Notes: a model not told the origin generated them from the letters alone. Shown: positions 23,317 through 35,515, counted from the stretch's first letter. The stretch: DNA of 64,000 nt from an uncultured Acidobacteriota bacterium (GCA_963827655.1 CAWHCF010000044.1:128001-192000); one strand, 5' to 3'. Program-made: numbers and translations.

Positions 23317-25272
23317 GCCTGATATCGACCGAGAACGTCGCATCCGACGACTTGCTGCCGTCACCCGACAACCAGACCCCGCTCCTGACGCTGGTCTGGC
23401 TCAAAGGCGGCCGCCGGGAGCTCGATGCCTCCAAGATTGTCGAGAACATGTTCCGGCATTCGACCGGTCCTTATGGGCTGACGGCAATCACGGGCGGTGA
23501 CGCCACCCTCGCCTGGGGGATATTGTTACCGAAAAGTTACACGCCCTTAACCGCCTGGTCCGTATACTCGGACGGCTCAGAGTTGTGCCTCTTCGAAGGC
23601 GATCTGTACGATGATCTTCCGGGATTGAGGGTGGTGCCTGGCGAGAATCCGAGAATCGCCGAGCGAATCGCCGTCCATATGCGGAAACAACCAGACGCGC
23701 GATTTTCCGACCTGGTCGGAATATACAGCGGCGTATATGTCAATCGCGAACGTTCCTGCGCCTATGTTTTCGGAGACGTTACCGGCACGCGGCCTGTCTT
23801 CTGGCATTCCAATGAGAAACGCCTGGTAGTTACCGGCAATCTCTGGGCGTTTCGAGGTTGCCAGGGTTTCGAAAGATCCTGGGACAGAATGGCGCTGGCG
23901 CAAGTGCTTACGATGGGCTTCCCCATGGCCGGGCGAACCTGGCTTGACGGAGTGAGGCTGCTGCAGCGCGGCCGGCAGGTCCGTTCCTTCGCGGACGGCC
24001 GCACAGAAGTCCGGATGACGCTGGAGCCGGTAGCGCGCGCATCCTGGTCGCTCGAGCAATCGGTGCATGCCCTGCGCGACAGCCTGGACGAAACCGTCGC
24101 ACGGATCTGCCGCCGTCTAGATGGTCCGGTCGCGCTTGGATTGAGCGGCGGGCTGGATTCCCGGACGCTGCTGGCATCGCTTCATACCCAAAAACTCGAT
24201 CACCGTAACTTTACGTTCTGTCTTTCCCCGGATGAGGCCGACAACCGGATTGCGAAATCCTCAGCCGAACTTCTGGGGGAGGAGCACAACACAGTCATCG
24301 CGCACATACCGGGCCTCGGCGCATTCCACCGAGACATACTCCTGATGAACGAAGGAGAATCGTCCGGATTTGGCTTCCTGGTCCTGGCGGCCCGGGTCCA
24401 ACAAGAAAGCAATGCGCTGTTAATAGGCAGCGAAGCCGTCCGTGAGACTCCGGGATCACTTCAACCGATCGCGCTCAAGAGCAAGCGCGAACTTGCGCGG
24501 CATATGCTCCGAGAGTACTCGACGTCCTTTCCGCGTTGATCATGCTCATAAATTGCTCGTGCCCGCATTCAGGGTACCGTGGCAGGATGTGCTGGACGAA
24601 TGGTTCGACTCATTCGAGCAGATAAATCACGACTCTATCCTGGAGGTTTTTTTGGATCATGTGGCGGACTACAGGGTACAACGTCGCACGCGTGCCCGTC
24701 TCGACCAGGTCCGCTGGTTCTGTCTTCCGGTCTATCCTTATATGGATGACCGGCTGTACGGCACCTACCGTCGTCTTCCCCTCTCGCAGGTGCACGGCGA
24801 ACAAGCTTCCATCGCCCTGCTGTGCAGCTATAATACGGGCCTGGAGAAGCTGCCGTCCCCGGCCGTGCGCTTTGGTATGCCGATGGACAAGGCGTACCGT
24901 TACCGCCATCTCCTCCATGCGGGTCGCATCCTGCGCGACAACCTTGTGCACCCGTTGAAACGGAAGTGGCGTGAGACTAAGGGCGCCTGGGGATTCGGCC
25001 GGAGCGTGCTGAGCCCGGTACGGCAGACCGAGCTGCCGCGGCTGGAGCAGTGCCGGTTGTTCCATTGGCCGGAGGTAAAGAGCCTCATCGACCAAGCCGC
25101 GCGCGGCAGCTTTTCGAACATAACAGCATTGCACGCTTTGATTAACGCGGGAATCATCGACGAGTTCGTATTCGGCGCCGGTCTTTCCGGATCCCGCGCG
25201 CTCCGGTTCATGAAGTCAACGCGAGAGGTTCAATTGGTGCGCAATTCGGCGCAAGCGGAAATCAGGACCTGA
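23313..25272 (+). CDS. Divergent asparagine-synthase-like amide ligase lacking the N-terminal catalytic Cys; frameshift near 24530
   Basis: DVTGTRPVFW (degenerate GATase-II segment), LGLSGGLDSR PP-loop and YPYMD in the second frame. No MCGI start. ATGA-coupled to the CapA-like gene. Confidence 0.72.
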
Positions 25273-25375
25273 TTTCGCGTTCTCGTCTCCGTCATAAGTG
25301 TGTGCAAACAGAATCCGCGGAGACGATCGACGCTTTACAACTTTGGATTCAACTTTGCCTTCGAGGATAAAAGAA

Positions 25376-26128
25376 ATGGCTGCTGAACTGACACATCTGC
25401 TCAAGATCGCCCGGACCTCGCTCAACGAGCGCGGCGTTTTGGGAACCATGAAACAGGGGCCGCACTATCTCAAGACCTACCTGAAACGCCGCAAGGCCTG
25501 GAGGGATTTTGAGGAGCAAGATGGCTTCGACCGGCGATACGGTACCGACACGACCGCCATGCTGGGGCCTGCGGATTTTGGCCACACCTCTGAAAACGTC
25601 CGGTACGCCTCTCTCTATCGGGCGACTCTGCCCCGCACATTCGAGCGCATCATCGGGACTATGAAGATCCGGCACGAAGACTTTATCTTCGTGGACTTTG
25701 GATCGGGTAAGGGCCGGACCCTCCTGCTGGCATCGGAGTTCCCTTTCAAGAGGGTCATCGGCGTGGAGTTTTCGCCCAAGCTTCACGAGACAGCGCAGAA
25801 AAATGTGCGCATTTACCGATCGGCAACTCAGAAATGCAAGCAATTCGAGCTCGAATGCCTCGATGCCGCATCGTATGAGCTGCCCGTCGAAAACACGGTG
25901 TTCTATTTCTTTGATCCGTTCGAACTTCCCGTCATGAGTCCGGTCATAGACAACATGAAGAAGTCTCTGGAAAAGCATCCGCGTAAAGTATTCATTGCGT
26001 ACGTGAATCCGACCTATTGCGCGGTTATGGAGAACTCCGGATTTCTCCATAGGATCGCGAAATTCGAAGGGGGTCCGCCGGAGATGGGCTTGGAGTATCC
26101 CTGGCATATTTACACGAACCAGCAATGA
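25376..26128 (+). CDS. Class I SAM methyltransferase
   Basis: FDRRYGTDT, FVDFGSGKGR, GVEFS, YFFDPF and YVNP. Confidence 0.85.
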   Translation: MAAELTHLLKIARTSLNERGVLGTMKQGPHYLKTYLKRRKAWRDFEEQDGFDRRYGTDTTAMLGPADFGHTSENVRYASLYRATLPRTFERIIGTMKIRHEDFIFVDFGSGKGRTLLLASEFPFKRVIGVEFSPKLHETAQKNVRIYRSATQKCKQFELECLDAASYELPVENTVFYFFDPFELPVMSPVIDNMKKSLEKHPRKVFIAYVNPTYCAVMENSGFLHRIAKFEGGPPEMGLEYPWHIYTNQQ

Positions 26129-26212
26129 CAGGTCGTCACAGACTCGATCCCGGCGTCTTAAGGGGTTTATTTTGTTCCGCCTCATCGAGAATCTTGTAGA
26201 GTTCAACCGGAT

Positions 26213-28208
26213 ATGAAAAGATTTCTGTTTGCTTTCCAGAGTTCCTTCCGCCGACTCCTGCTGGTGTTGTTCCACGTTGGACTCATTGCACTATCACTCC
26301 GCGTCGCATTTCTTCTCAGGTTCGATTTTGAGCTGTCGGGAGACCCGACAGCATTCTTCGCAGAAAAGCATCTGGATCGCGGTCGTCGCGAAAACCGCGG
26401 TGTTTCTTCTGGCCGGGCTCCACCGTGGCTGGTGGCGCTTCGTCGGCATCAATGACCTCCTCCGGGTCTTCTTCGCCAATCTGGTCGCTTCCGCCGTTTT
26501 CACGGCGGCTGTTTTGTTAACGACAGGTCCCGGCCCTGGAGCTCCCCGCGACTCTGGATCTTTTCCGCGCTCGATCTACGTCATCGATTTCGTGCTCTGT
26601 TTTCTGATGACGGCCGGCGCGCGCTTTGCCGTCCGGCTCTATATCGAAGGGATAAGGGGCACGTCCTCGAAGACTGGCGGCAAAGGGTTGCTGATTTACG
26701 GGGCCGGTGGAGCCGGAAGGATGTTGCTGCAGGGAAATTCGCTCGAATCCCACGCTCGGCTACGAGGTAATCGGGTTCATGGACGACGACCCGAAACTGC
26801 GGGCCGCCCATCTGATGAATGTTCGAGTGCTTGGAGACAGGCAGGGACGCTGCCACGCATCGTGGATCGGCACAATAAAAGAAAGCGCTCTCGCAAGATT
26901 GAAGAGATCGTCATCGCCATGCCATCCGCGTCCGGACGTCAAATGGGCGAAGCCTTGGCGAATTGCCGAGCCGCCGGCGTCGCCTGCAAGACAATTCCCG
27001 GAATCGGAGAGCTTTTGAATGGAAAGGTCCTCAGCGCTCAAATCCGCAACCCCACCCTGGACGACCTGATTGGGCGGGAGCAGGTCCCGCTGGAGGAAGA
27101 TCGCATCCAGGAAAGTATCGCCGGCCGCTCGGTCCTGATCACAGGAGCTGGTGGATCGATCGGGTCCGAACTGTGCCGTCAAGCCGCCCGGTTCAACCCC
27201 GCAAAACTGATCGCTTTTGATCAGGGTGAAACCGAGTTGTTCAGAATCGATCTCGAATTGCGTGAGAAATACCCGTCGCTTGATGTAGTTCCGGAAGTCG
27301 GTGACATTCGCGATGCGGAGCGGGTTGAGGAGGTAATTCGCCGGCATTCCGTCGATTCAATCTTCCACGCCGCCGCGTATAAACACGTCCCCATGATGGA
27401 AGCTCATGTCATCGAGGCGGTGAAGAACAACGTGGTGGGAACCTGGAACCTGGTGAAGGCTGCTTGCGAGTTTCAGGTTTCGAATTTCCTGATGATTTCC
27501 TCCGATAAGGCGGTGAATCCCACGAGCATTATGGGAGTGACGAAGCGGATCGCCGAGTTGATCGTATCGGCTGAGTCGGATGCAGCTCCTCAGACGACCA
27601 AGTTCGTCTCGGTGCGTTTCGGCAACGTACTGGGAAGCAATGGCAGCGTCGTTCCACTGTTCCAGGCGCAGATCGCGGCTGGAGGGCCGGTCACGGTAAC
27701 TCATCCCGGAGTGAAACGCTACTTCATGAGCGTGCGAGAAGCGGTGCAGCTGGTGCTTCAGGCCTCGACCATGGGAAAAGGGTCGGAGATCTTCGTGCTG
27801 GACATGGGTGAGATGGTGCGGATCGTCGACCTGGCTAAAAACCTGATCACGTTTGCCGGGCTAGACCCGGAGAAAATCCAAATCCGTTTCATTGGGCTGC
27901 GCCCCGGAGAAAAGCTCTACGAAGAACTGATGACCGAGGGAGAGAATATCCGTCCGACGCATCATGAAAAGATCAAGATCTTCAGAGGTCCCCAAATCAA
28001 GCGAGGCCTGCTGGAAGCCTGGCTGTTGCAACTCGAGCTGTTGCTGGAAAAGAGAAACCCTGACCTGGTAATAAACCATTTAAAAGAGCTTGTCCCCGAA
28101 TACCAGGATCCCCGAACTCTGGCGAGTCCTCCAGAGAAGAAACACGCACCGAGGTTGCCGGGGCCTTCGCTGACCTCCCCAAACGCCAATGAGTCCCTGA
28201 ATCGGTGA
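26213..28208 (+). CDS. CapD/PglF/WbpM-type membrane-bound UDP-HexNAc 4,6-dehydratase; frameshifts near 26360, 26730 and 26845
   Basis: N-terminal TM segments, IYGAGGAG, ITGAGGSIGSELCRQ, FHAAAYKHVP, SSDKAVNP, RFGNVLGSNGSV and GLRPGEKLYEEL. Confidence 0.92.
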
Positions 28209-28283
28209 CAGGCTACGCTTTTCCCAATTTCATGAATAGGATGACTTTGGCGGTCTATCGTAAAGGATAGCCTGTCACCGATT
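28200..28283. repeat. Perfect 16-bp inverted repeat (REP-like palindromic element)
   Basis: AATCGGTGACAGGCTA (28200-28215) and TAGCCTGTCACCGATT (28268-28283). A related degenerate copy lies at 61743-61833. Confidence 0.8.
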
Positions 28284-28307
28284 TTTCGTATAGCCCCTGA
28301 GGCAAAC

Positions 28308-29562
28308 ATGAAGATTCTGATTATCGCTTCCAACTATCCGTACTCCGGCCATCCCGCATCCGGAATCTTCAACGAGCGGTGCGCAATGGTCTTGCGAGAA
28401 CTTTGCGACCATATTGAAGTCGTGTCTCCAAGACCCTATGTCCCACCCCTGTTGTCGTCTTTGGTGCCGCGTTGGAAGGCCTATTCGTCCATTAAAGAAT
28501 ATGAGCGTAGGAACGAGATCTCAGTCCATCGACCGGCTTCTCCTGTGATTCCCTACGTGGCCGGCTCTTTTTGGTTCGACCGTGGGGCGTTTTTCCGGTG
28601 CCGGCAACGGATTCGAGAGCTCAATGACAAGGTCCACTTCGATGCGATCATCTCTTTCGATCTACTGGGAGCAGGCGGAATCGCGTGGAGAGCCGGGCAG
28701 GATTTGGGAATTCCAACTTGCGGCTGGGCTACGGGTGATGATGTTCTTATTCCACCATCTCCAGCCTATGCCCGAGTCGTCATTCGGGCATTGGAACGCT
28801 TGGATCTGGTCTTCTACCAAAGCCAGGAGCTCATGGCCAAAGCTGCCGGCCTCCTGGGAACCACGCTGGATCGCTTGTCGAACAAGCGACACATGGTACT
28901 TCCTCGAGGTATTCCGGCTCCCCCTCTACTGGCTCGAAGCGCGATCCGCAGTCGAGTCCGTGCGGAACTTGGCTTAAGCGAAGACCAGGTGCTCGTCGTC
29001 AACATCGGCAGAATCTCGCGAGAAAAAGCTGTGTTAGAGCTGGTCGATGCTTTTTCTATGGCCATCGCCCGAAATCCCCGCGTGGTCTGCCTGCTCATAG
29101 GTTCACTTCCAGCTTTTGACGACAGCAACGCCGTAAGGGAAAAATTGGAAAAGACTCCAGGCACGCGGGAAAGAGTAAAGCTTCTCCCGGCTTGCAGTAG
29201 CGATAAGGTTGCGGAGTATCTGTGCGCGGCCGACATATTTGCCTTCGCGAGTTATCACGAGGGGATGCCAAACAGCTTGCTCGAAGCAATGGCGATGGGA
29301 GTGCCCTCGGTCGCGTTTGCGCATACCCCCTGTTCTTGAGCTTGAAGGCGGGACTGGAGCCCTGGTTGCGGTGCCGCCGTTCAATTCGGCACTGTTTTCA
29401 CAGGCTATTCTGCATGTGGCCGAATCCCCTGCAAACCGGACTGACATGGAGAAAAAAGGCAAAGCTCGCGTCATGGAACGCTACATGATGAGGAAAAACA
29501 TGGCCAGCGCTCTCGACCGGCTCGCCCCCTTGACCGGTCTACAAAAGTGCGAAGCAGGATAA
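28308..29562 (+). CDS. Glycosyltransferase family 4 (TuaC-like N-terminus); frameshift near 29325
   Basis: KILIIASNYP, VVSPRP, IGRISREK and ADIFAFASYHEGMPNSLLEAMAMG (EX7E). Confidence 0.88.
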
Positions 29563-29681
29563 CCGACTTGGCGTTTTCTTGGCTGGGACTTCAGGTCTTT
29601 GGTTAAACTGCCAGTTTGCCAAATTAAGTTTTTGCCCAATCGCAGCGGTACTACTTCAGAACTCCACCCGGAGAGATTCAA

Positions 29682-31541
29682 ATGTGCGGCATAGCAGGGT
29701 TCCTCAGTCTCAAGGCTTGCGTCGGGCCAGCACTTATTGAGACGATGACTCGCACGATAAAGTATCGGGGTCCGGATGACGAAGGGTATCTCGCGGTCGA
29801 TACTCAAGCCGACTCGATTGAGGGAATACCACTTATAGGATCGGACAGTGCGACCCGCACTCAAAGGCCTCTGGAAATGTTCACAGGACCGGCTCGACTA
29901 TACCTGGGTCACCGGCGGCTCTCAATCCTGGATCTTTCCACAGCCGGTCATCAGCCGATGCGTTATCGCGATAGATGGATCGTATACAATGGCGAGGTTT
30001 ACAACTACCTGGAACTCCGTCAGGAGCTGAAGGCTGAAGGGTATGAATTCGCTACTAATACCGACACCGAAGTAATCCTCGCGGCCTATGACCGGTGGGG
30101 CGAGAAGTGCGTTACACGCTTCAACGGCGAATGGGCTCTTTGTATTTTCGACCCTCGGCGCCGGACTCTTTTTCTCTCCCGCGATCGATACGGCATTAAA
30201 CCGCTCTATTTCTTTAGAAACCAGGAGTTTTTCGCGTTTGCCTCAGAAATCAAAGCGATCTTATCCCTTCCGTTTGTACCGCGATCTCTCAATAGAGAAA
30301 AAGCGTTTCATTATCTCGCACTCTTCTGCAGAGATCACACGGAGGAAACCCTATACGACGGCATCTATCAGCTCATGCCGGGACACAACTTGTCGGTCAA
30401 TATCGAGACCGGGGAGACGAGAACATTCCAGTATTACACGCTCTCCTATTGTTCCGAGTTGGGAGAATACGACCATCGGCTAGCTCTGGCGTATGCCGCG
30501 GATATCCGCGATCTTCTCTTTGACTCAATTCGGCTGCGGCTGCGCGCCGATGTGCCCGTCGGCACCTGCCTATCCGGGGGACTCGATAGTTCAGCGGTGG
30601 TAACCATTGTGGCGAAACTACGTGGCATCGAGACTACCCCACAAGATCAGAACACGTTCACGGCATCCTTTCCCGGAGAACCGGTGGACGAAAGTTCGTA
30701 CGCCAGGTCTGTGGTTGAAGACACCGGTGCGACAAGTCATTTCAGTTATCCCTCAAAGGAGGGGTATTGGTCCGAACTTCCGGCAATTCTGCATCATCAG
30801 GACGAGCCCTTCGGAGGACCTTCCGTTTACGCACAGTGGGAAGTAATGCGCCAGGCTTCCAAGCATGTCAAAGTAGTACTGGACGGTCAGGGGGGAGATG
30901 AGGTCTTCGCCGGATACAGGGATTATCGAATGTCTTTCCTGGCCAACCTGTTCGTAAAACGAAGGATCGGCGCGCTTGTTACGGAGCTCTGGTCGACGAT
31001 CAGGCTTACCAATGGATTCAGAAAGGCTGCTGCTGAGTTGAAACCTTTTCCCTTCTTTGCTCTCAACAGTTCTTGGAAAAGGCGGGTGCACGGGCTCCGC
31101 TATCGTGAGGAACTCAGGCGATCCAAGGAAATCCTCGTCCAGGCAAATGCGAACGGAATAGATTATGACGGCTCGGAGCATATCGATCGACGGTACAGTC
31201 AGAATATCAATGAGTTACTCGCCAACTACATGACGAAGTACAGCCTTCCCCACTTATTGAAGGCCGAGGACAGAAACAGCATGGCGCATTCGGTCGAAGC
31301 CAGAGTACCCTTTACCGACTATCGTCTCGTCGATTACGTCTTCTCGATTCCTGGAATATATAAGATTCACAACGGGTGGACGAAGTGGTTGTTAAGGCTG
31401 GCGACCAAGGATCTTCTCCCTGAAGCTATTGTATGGCGCAGAGACAAACTTGGTTTTGCGACACCTGCCTGGGCTTCGCGGCAGGAGGAGTGGAAATTCT
31501 GGATTGAACACAACTTCAACCCTTTGACTGGCTCCTCCTGA
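29682..31541 (+). CDS. asnB: Asparagine synthase (glutamine-hydrolysing) family amidotransferase, copy 2
   Basis: MCGIAG, RGPDDEG, HRRLSILDLS, LSGGLDSS, DGQGGDE and EDRNSMAHSVEARVPF. Intact ORF. Confidence 0.93.
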   Translation: MCGIAGFLSLKACVGPALIETMTRTIKYRGPDDEGYLAVDTQADSIEGIPLIGSDSATRTQRPLEMFTGPARLYLGHRRLSILDLSTAGHQPMRYRDRWIVYNGEVYNYLELRQELKAEGYEFATNTDTEVILAAYDRWGEKCVTRFNGEWALCIFDPRRRTLFLSRDRYGIKPLYFFRNQEFFAFASEIKAILSLPFVPRSLNREKAFHYLALFCRDHTEETLYDGIYQLMPGHNLSVNIETGETRTFQYYTLSYCSELGEYDHRLALAYAADIRDLLFDSIRLRLRADVPVGTCLSGGLDSSAVVTIVAKLRGIETTPQDQNTFTASFPGEPVDESSYARSVVEDTGATSHFSYPSKEGYWSELPAILHHQDEPFGGPSVYAQWEVMRQASKHVKVVLDGQGGDEVFAGYRDYRMSFLANLFVKRRIGALVTELWSTIRLTNGFRKAAAELKPFPFFALNSSWKRRVHGLRYREELRRSKEILVQANANGIDYDGSEHIDRRYSQNINELLANYMTKYSLPHLLKAEDRNSMAHSVEARVPFTDYRLVDYVFSIPGIYKIHNGWTKWLLRLATKDLLPEAIVWRRDKLGFATPAWASRQEEWKFWIEHNFNPLTGSS

Positions 31542-31652
31542 GTCTCGCTTAATCTTTCAACTGCCACGCCTCCCGCCTACAGAATAGACAAGGGTCTCGG
31601 TGCTGAACCCCTAGGCGGGCAATTTAAGACCAAAGGATAAAGAGAACTAACC

Positions 31653-33416
31653 ATGAATGTCTTAGGTATACATGACGGACACAACGCGTCCGCGGTGATC
31701 CTGAAAAATGGACGCATAGTGGCCGGTGTGCAGGAAGAACGGCCCCGCGGCCTTAAGAATGCAATGGGGATGCCGCGTGCCGCCATCGCGGATGTCCTGT
31801 CACAGGCGGGGTTGAAGCCGGGCGACATAGACCTAGTTGCTCTCGCCGGACTGCACAATAGTGAATACATAGATATTGATCCATCCGCCAAACCCTCGGA
31901 ACAGGTCCTGCGTCAGCATCTTGCTGCCTACGAAGGGAACTCAATCAACGTGAAGGGATTCGTGCGGCGTTTCGTCCCGGATAGTGTCTACGAATCACTA
32001 CGCGGCAACGGAATGCGCCAGCGGCGCCTCGAAGTAGTCGCTTCACTTGGCTTCAGTTCCGAGCGCATTCGCCTTGTAGAACATCATACTGCCCACGCTG
32101 CTTCTGCGTACTACGGTTGGGGAAAATTCGACGAGCCCATTCTGATCCTGACCAATGACGGCATGGGCGACAATATTTGCGCCAGCATCAGTATTGGTAA
32201 GGAAGGTCGATTCGAACGTATCGCATCGGTCCCTTTCACGGAATCCGTAGGTGAAATATACGCCCTCACCACCTTCCTGCTGGGAATGGTTCCCCTTGAA
32301 CACGAATACAAGCTCATGGGCATGGCGCCATATGCCTCGCCGCGCCGGGCCGAGACGCTGTCAAACCAGTTGAAGAATCTCGTCGAGTTCGATAACAACG
32401 GCGGGCTCACCTGGCACCGAAGAACCGGCGTTCCTTCTTTCAGCTCGGCCCACCGCTATCTTGAAGAGTTATACCGACGTCAGCGGTTCGACTATGTTTG
32501 TGGCGGCGTCCAGGATTTCCTGGAAAAGTTTCTCACCAAATGGGTCCGAAATGCGATCGCTGAGACCGGCATCCATAAGATTGCTCTTTCCGGCGGCGTC
32601 TTCATGAATGTCAAAGCCAACAAGCTGCTATTGGAATTGGATGAAGTTGAAGACATCTTTGTCTTTCCCTCCTGCGGCGACGAAACCAACGCCCTGGGAG
32701 CCGCTTACTGGGCCTACGCCGAGGAGTCCCGGAAGCGCGGAACTGAAGCAAAGGTTGAACCGATCTCGGACCTGTATTGGGGAAAGAATTTCAGCGACAC
32801 TGAGATTGAGGAGGCTATTTCGAGCTTCCCTTTCTCGAACAAGATAAAAGTGGAAACCCCGGAGAACATAGAACGGCGTGTCGCCGGACTGCTGGCCGGG
32901 GGCCACGTGGTTGCCCGCTGCAGCGGAAGAATGGAGTTCGGCGCCAGGGCTTTGGGAAATCGTTCAATTCTCGCGAATCCCTCCGACCCGCGGGTAATTA
33001 ATACGATCAACGAAATGATTAAGAAGCGCGATTTTTGGATGCCATTTGCTCCATCGGTTACAGCCGAGCGCTCGCACGATTACCTTCTCAATCCCAAGAA
33101 CGTAGCCGCGCCTTACATGGTCTTTGCCTTCGATAGTCGTCCGGAAAAGGTGCCCGCCTTTGCAGCCGGCGTTCATCCTTACGATCGGACCGCACGTCCA
33201 CATGAGGTACTGGAACAACACAACCCAAGCTACCATCGATTGATCCAGTACTTTGGTGAACTGACGGGCGAAGAGATCATTCTCAACACAAGCTTCAATC
33301 TACACGGACTTCCGAACGTCTATACCCCCGAGCAGGCGCTGACTACCCTGGACAACTCTGGCTTGCAGCACCTTGCTATTGGCAGTTTCCTGGTAAGCAA
33401 AACTAATGGGCAGTGA
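31653..33416 (+). CDS. O-carbamoyltransferase (NodU/CmcH), copy 2
   Basis: LGIHDGHNASA, QEER, EHHTAHAASAYY, EYKLMGMAPY, GGVFMNVKAN, MEFGARALGNRSIL and NTSFNLHG. Confidence 0.92.
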   Translation: MNVLGIHDGHNASAVILKNGRIVAGVQEERPRGLKNAMGMPRAAIADVLSQAGLKPGDIDLVALAGLHNSEYIDIDPSAKPSEQVLRQHLAAYEGNSINVKGFVRRFVPDSVYESLRGNGMRQRRLEVVASLGFSSERIRLVEHHTAHAASAYYGWGKFDEPILILTNDGMGDNICASISIGKEGRFERIASVPFTESVGEIYALTTFLLGMVPLEHEYKLMGMAPYASPRRAETLSNQLKNLVEFDNNGGLTWHRRTGVPSFSSAHRYLEELYRRQRFDYVCGGVQDFLEKFLTKWVRNAIAETGIHKIALSGGVFMNVKANKLLLELDEVEDIFVFPSCGDETNALGAAYWAYAEESRKRGTEAKVEPISDLYWGKNFSDTEIEEAISSFPFSNKIKVETPENIERRVAGLLAGGHVVARCSGRMEFGARALGNRSILANPSDPRVINTINEMIKKRDFWMPFAPSVTAERSHDYLLNPKNVAAPYMVFAFDSRPEKVPAFAAGVHPYDRTARPHEVLEQHNPSYHRLIQYFGELTGEEIILNTSFNLHGLPNVYTPEQALTTLDNSGLQHLAIGSFLVSKTNGQ

Positions 33417-33488
33417 AGGAGTCTCTCCAAGAATTTGTAACTGTGATCCGCCTTCTGCGCATTAGCGTAAAGATTAGACCTGGGTAAA

Positions 33489-34652
33489 ATGCGAGTCTGT
33501 CACATCTCAACAGTTCACCCTGTCGGCGATGCTCGAATTGCGTTTCGCATGTGCTCTGTCCTGGCCGAACGCGGCTTATCGGTTGTGCTGATCGCACGAG
33601 GCAAGGCACCCGTTGACGAGTCGTTAGTCCGGATGTCTCGTTGGAACGAGCGTATTGCGAAAGCCGGACGTATCCAGCGCATCGGATTGGCGCTCCAGGC
33701 CGCCTTGGCTGAAAATGCTGACATTAACCACTTCCACGACCTGGAATTGATTCCTATGGGCCTCGCTCTGAAGGCCCTCAGGCCGGGAAAGGCGGTAGTT
33801 TATGACGTGCACGAGGACTATCCAGCATTCATGAAGGAGAAATACTGGCTTCCCAAGCCGATACGACCCTTCGTCTCCTGGGCCGTTCGCTGCGCCAACT
33901 TTACTACCGGGCTGTGTGTAGACGGCATTGTGACTGCCGATCCAGGTGTACAGAAGGACTTTCAAACGTGCGCCAGCGGAAAGACCATGGTGTACTACAA
34001 TTTTCCGCTTCTCTCGATGTTCAAGTCGCCTGCTGTAAGCGACTCCGATGTGAAGACCGATCTTGTCTACGTAGGCGGAATGAGCGACCGCGCCGGCACC
34101 TTTGTATTACTTGATGCCTTATCGCTGCTGGCGAAAGAAGGTCGCAGGCCCTCAGTTAGACTGGCAGGTTACACAGACGGCGAAGAAGGACGGCGCGCCG
34201 TGCAGAATGGGATCGAGAATCGCGGCCTCCAGGCTCAGGTAGAATTCCGAGGACGTATTCCTTATTCTGAAGTGCCTGGTTGGATTCGCAGCGGTCGAAT
34301 CGGACTGGTCACACTCCAGCCGATCCCCAAGTTCATGAAAAACATCCCGTCTAAAATGTTTGAGTATTGGGCCTGCGGCCTGCCTGTAATCGCCAGCGAT
34401 TTACCCCCCATCCGGCCGTTTTTGTCTGACGGGAAGAACGGGCTCCTGTTTGATCCATCCAGCCCCGCCGCCCTGGCTCATGCCATACGCTCTCTCCTGC
34501 AAAAGCCGGCAGAGCTTAAAGCCATGGGTCAACGCGGCCAACAAATGATTTCCAATAGCTGGAACAACGACCACCAAATCGACGGCCTGATTCGCTTCTA
34601 TAATCAGATTCGCAACGGGACACTTCGCGATGGCTCTTCGGCTGATCGTTAA
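33489..34652 (+). CDS. Glycosyltransferase family 4
   Basis: HISTVHP..D.RI, HFHDLEL, YDVHEDY and PSKMFEYWACGLPVIASD. Confidence 0.9.
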   Translation: MRVCHISTVHPVGDARIAFRMCSVLAERGLSVVLIARGKAPVDESLVRMSRWNERIAKAGRIQRIGLALQAALAENADINHFHDLELIPMGLALKALRPGKAVVYDVHEDYPAFMKEKYWLPKPIRPFVSWAVRCANFTTGLCVDGIVTADPGVQKDFQTCASGKTMVYYNFPLLSMFKSPAVSDSDVKTDLVYVGGMSDRAGTFVLLDALSLLAKEGRRPSVRLAGYTDGEEGRRAVQNGIENRGLQAQVEFRGRIPYSEVPGWIRSGRIGLVTLQPIPKFMKNIPSKMFEYWACGLPVIASDLPPIRPFLSDGKNGLLFDPSSPAALAHAIRSLLQKPAELKAMGQRGQQMISNSWNNDHQIDGLIRFYNQIRNGTLRDGSSADR

Positions 34653-34698
34653 CGCCACTGAAATGGGCCTGAGTTAATCGACAGTAGATCTCCACAGC

Positions 34699-35515
34699 AT
34701 GACGAACGACCTTAAATCGAGAGCAGTAGAGTCTCTTCTAGAAGGAGCCACAATTCACAAGAGGTGGACCGATGACTATCGGACTCTTGAGAATCAGGGT
34801 TTTTTCGACGAGGCGTTCGCTTGTATCGCACGACTCATCGACGCCCCAGCGCGCTCAACTTTCCTGGACGCCGGTTGTGGGAGCGGCGCTCATTCCATAC
34901 GTCTGGCAACCCTGGGCTTTCTGGTTCATGCGCTTGACTTTTCAGAACCCGTCTTGACAAAAGCCAGACTCAATGTTTCAGCGAGCCAGTTGAATCAGCA
35001 AATCACGATTCACCGTGCCAACCTCCGCTCGCTGCCATTTAAAGACTCGACCTTTCGCTACGCACTATGTTGGGGAGTTCTGATGCACATTCCCGATCTC
35101 GGGCAAAGCGATATCCGAACTGGTCCGCGTCCTAGGACCAGGAGGAACACTGATTATTAGCGAGAACAACATGTATTCCCTTCAGGGGATGATTCGTTTT
35201 GTCCTCAAGAGGCTATTAGGAATCGGAAGAGCCTTGGTGAAGAAGACACCAGCAGGTCTTGAGTACTGGTACGGGAATGCTGACGACGCTCTTCTTACAA
35301 GACAAACGAATATACGCTGGCTAATTCATGAACTAGAAAACAATGGCTTCGTTGTAAGAGCACATTTCGCAGGTCAGTTTACTGATTTATATACTTCAGT
35401 ATACTCTCGATTAATGAAGAGACTGATTCACCGATTCAATAGTGTTTGGTTTAAATACATCAAGATTCCTTATCTAGCTACGGGAAACATACTCATCCTT
35501 CAAAAGGCAAATTGA
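34699..35515 (+). CDS. Class I SAM methyltransferase; frameshift near 35100
   Basis: FLDAGCGSG, LPFKDSTF and WGVLMHIP. Continues as ELVRVL.PGG.LIISENN into ORF 35171-35515. Confidence 0.8.

Noticed and set aside
23313-25272. Lasso-peptide cyclase
   Set aside because: No adjacent precursor peptide, RRE/PqqD protein or B2 leader protease.
25349-26275. Long antisense ORFs (e.g. 25349-26275, 42112-43068, 6632-7531)
   Set aside because: They shadow well-supported + strand genes and show no recognisable motifs, as expected in GC-rich DNA.
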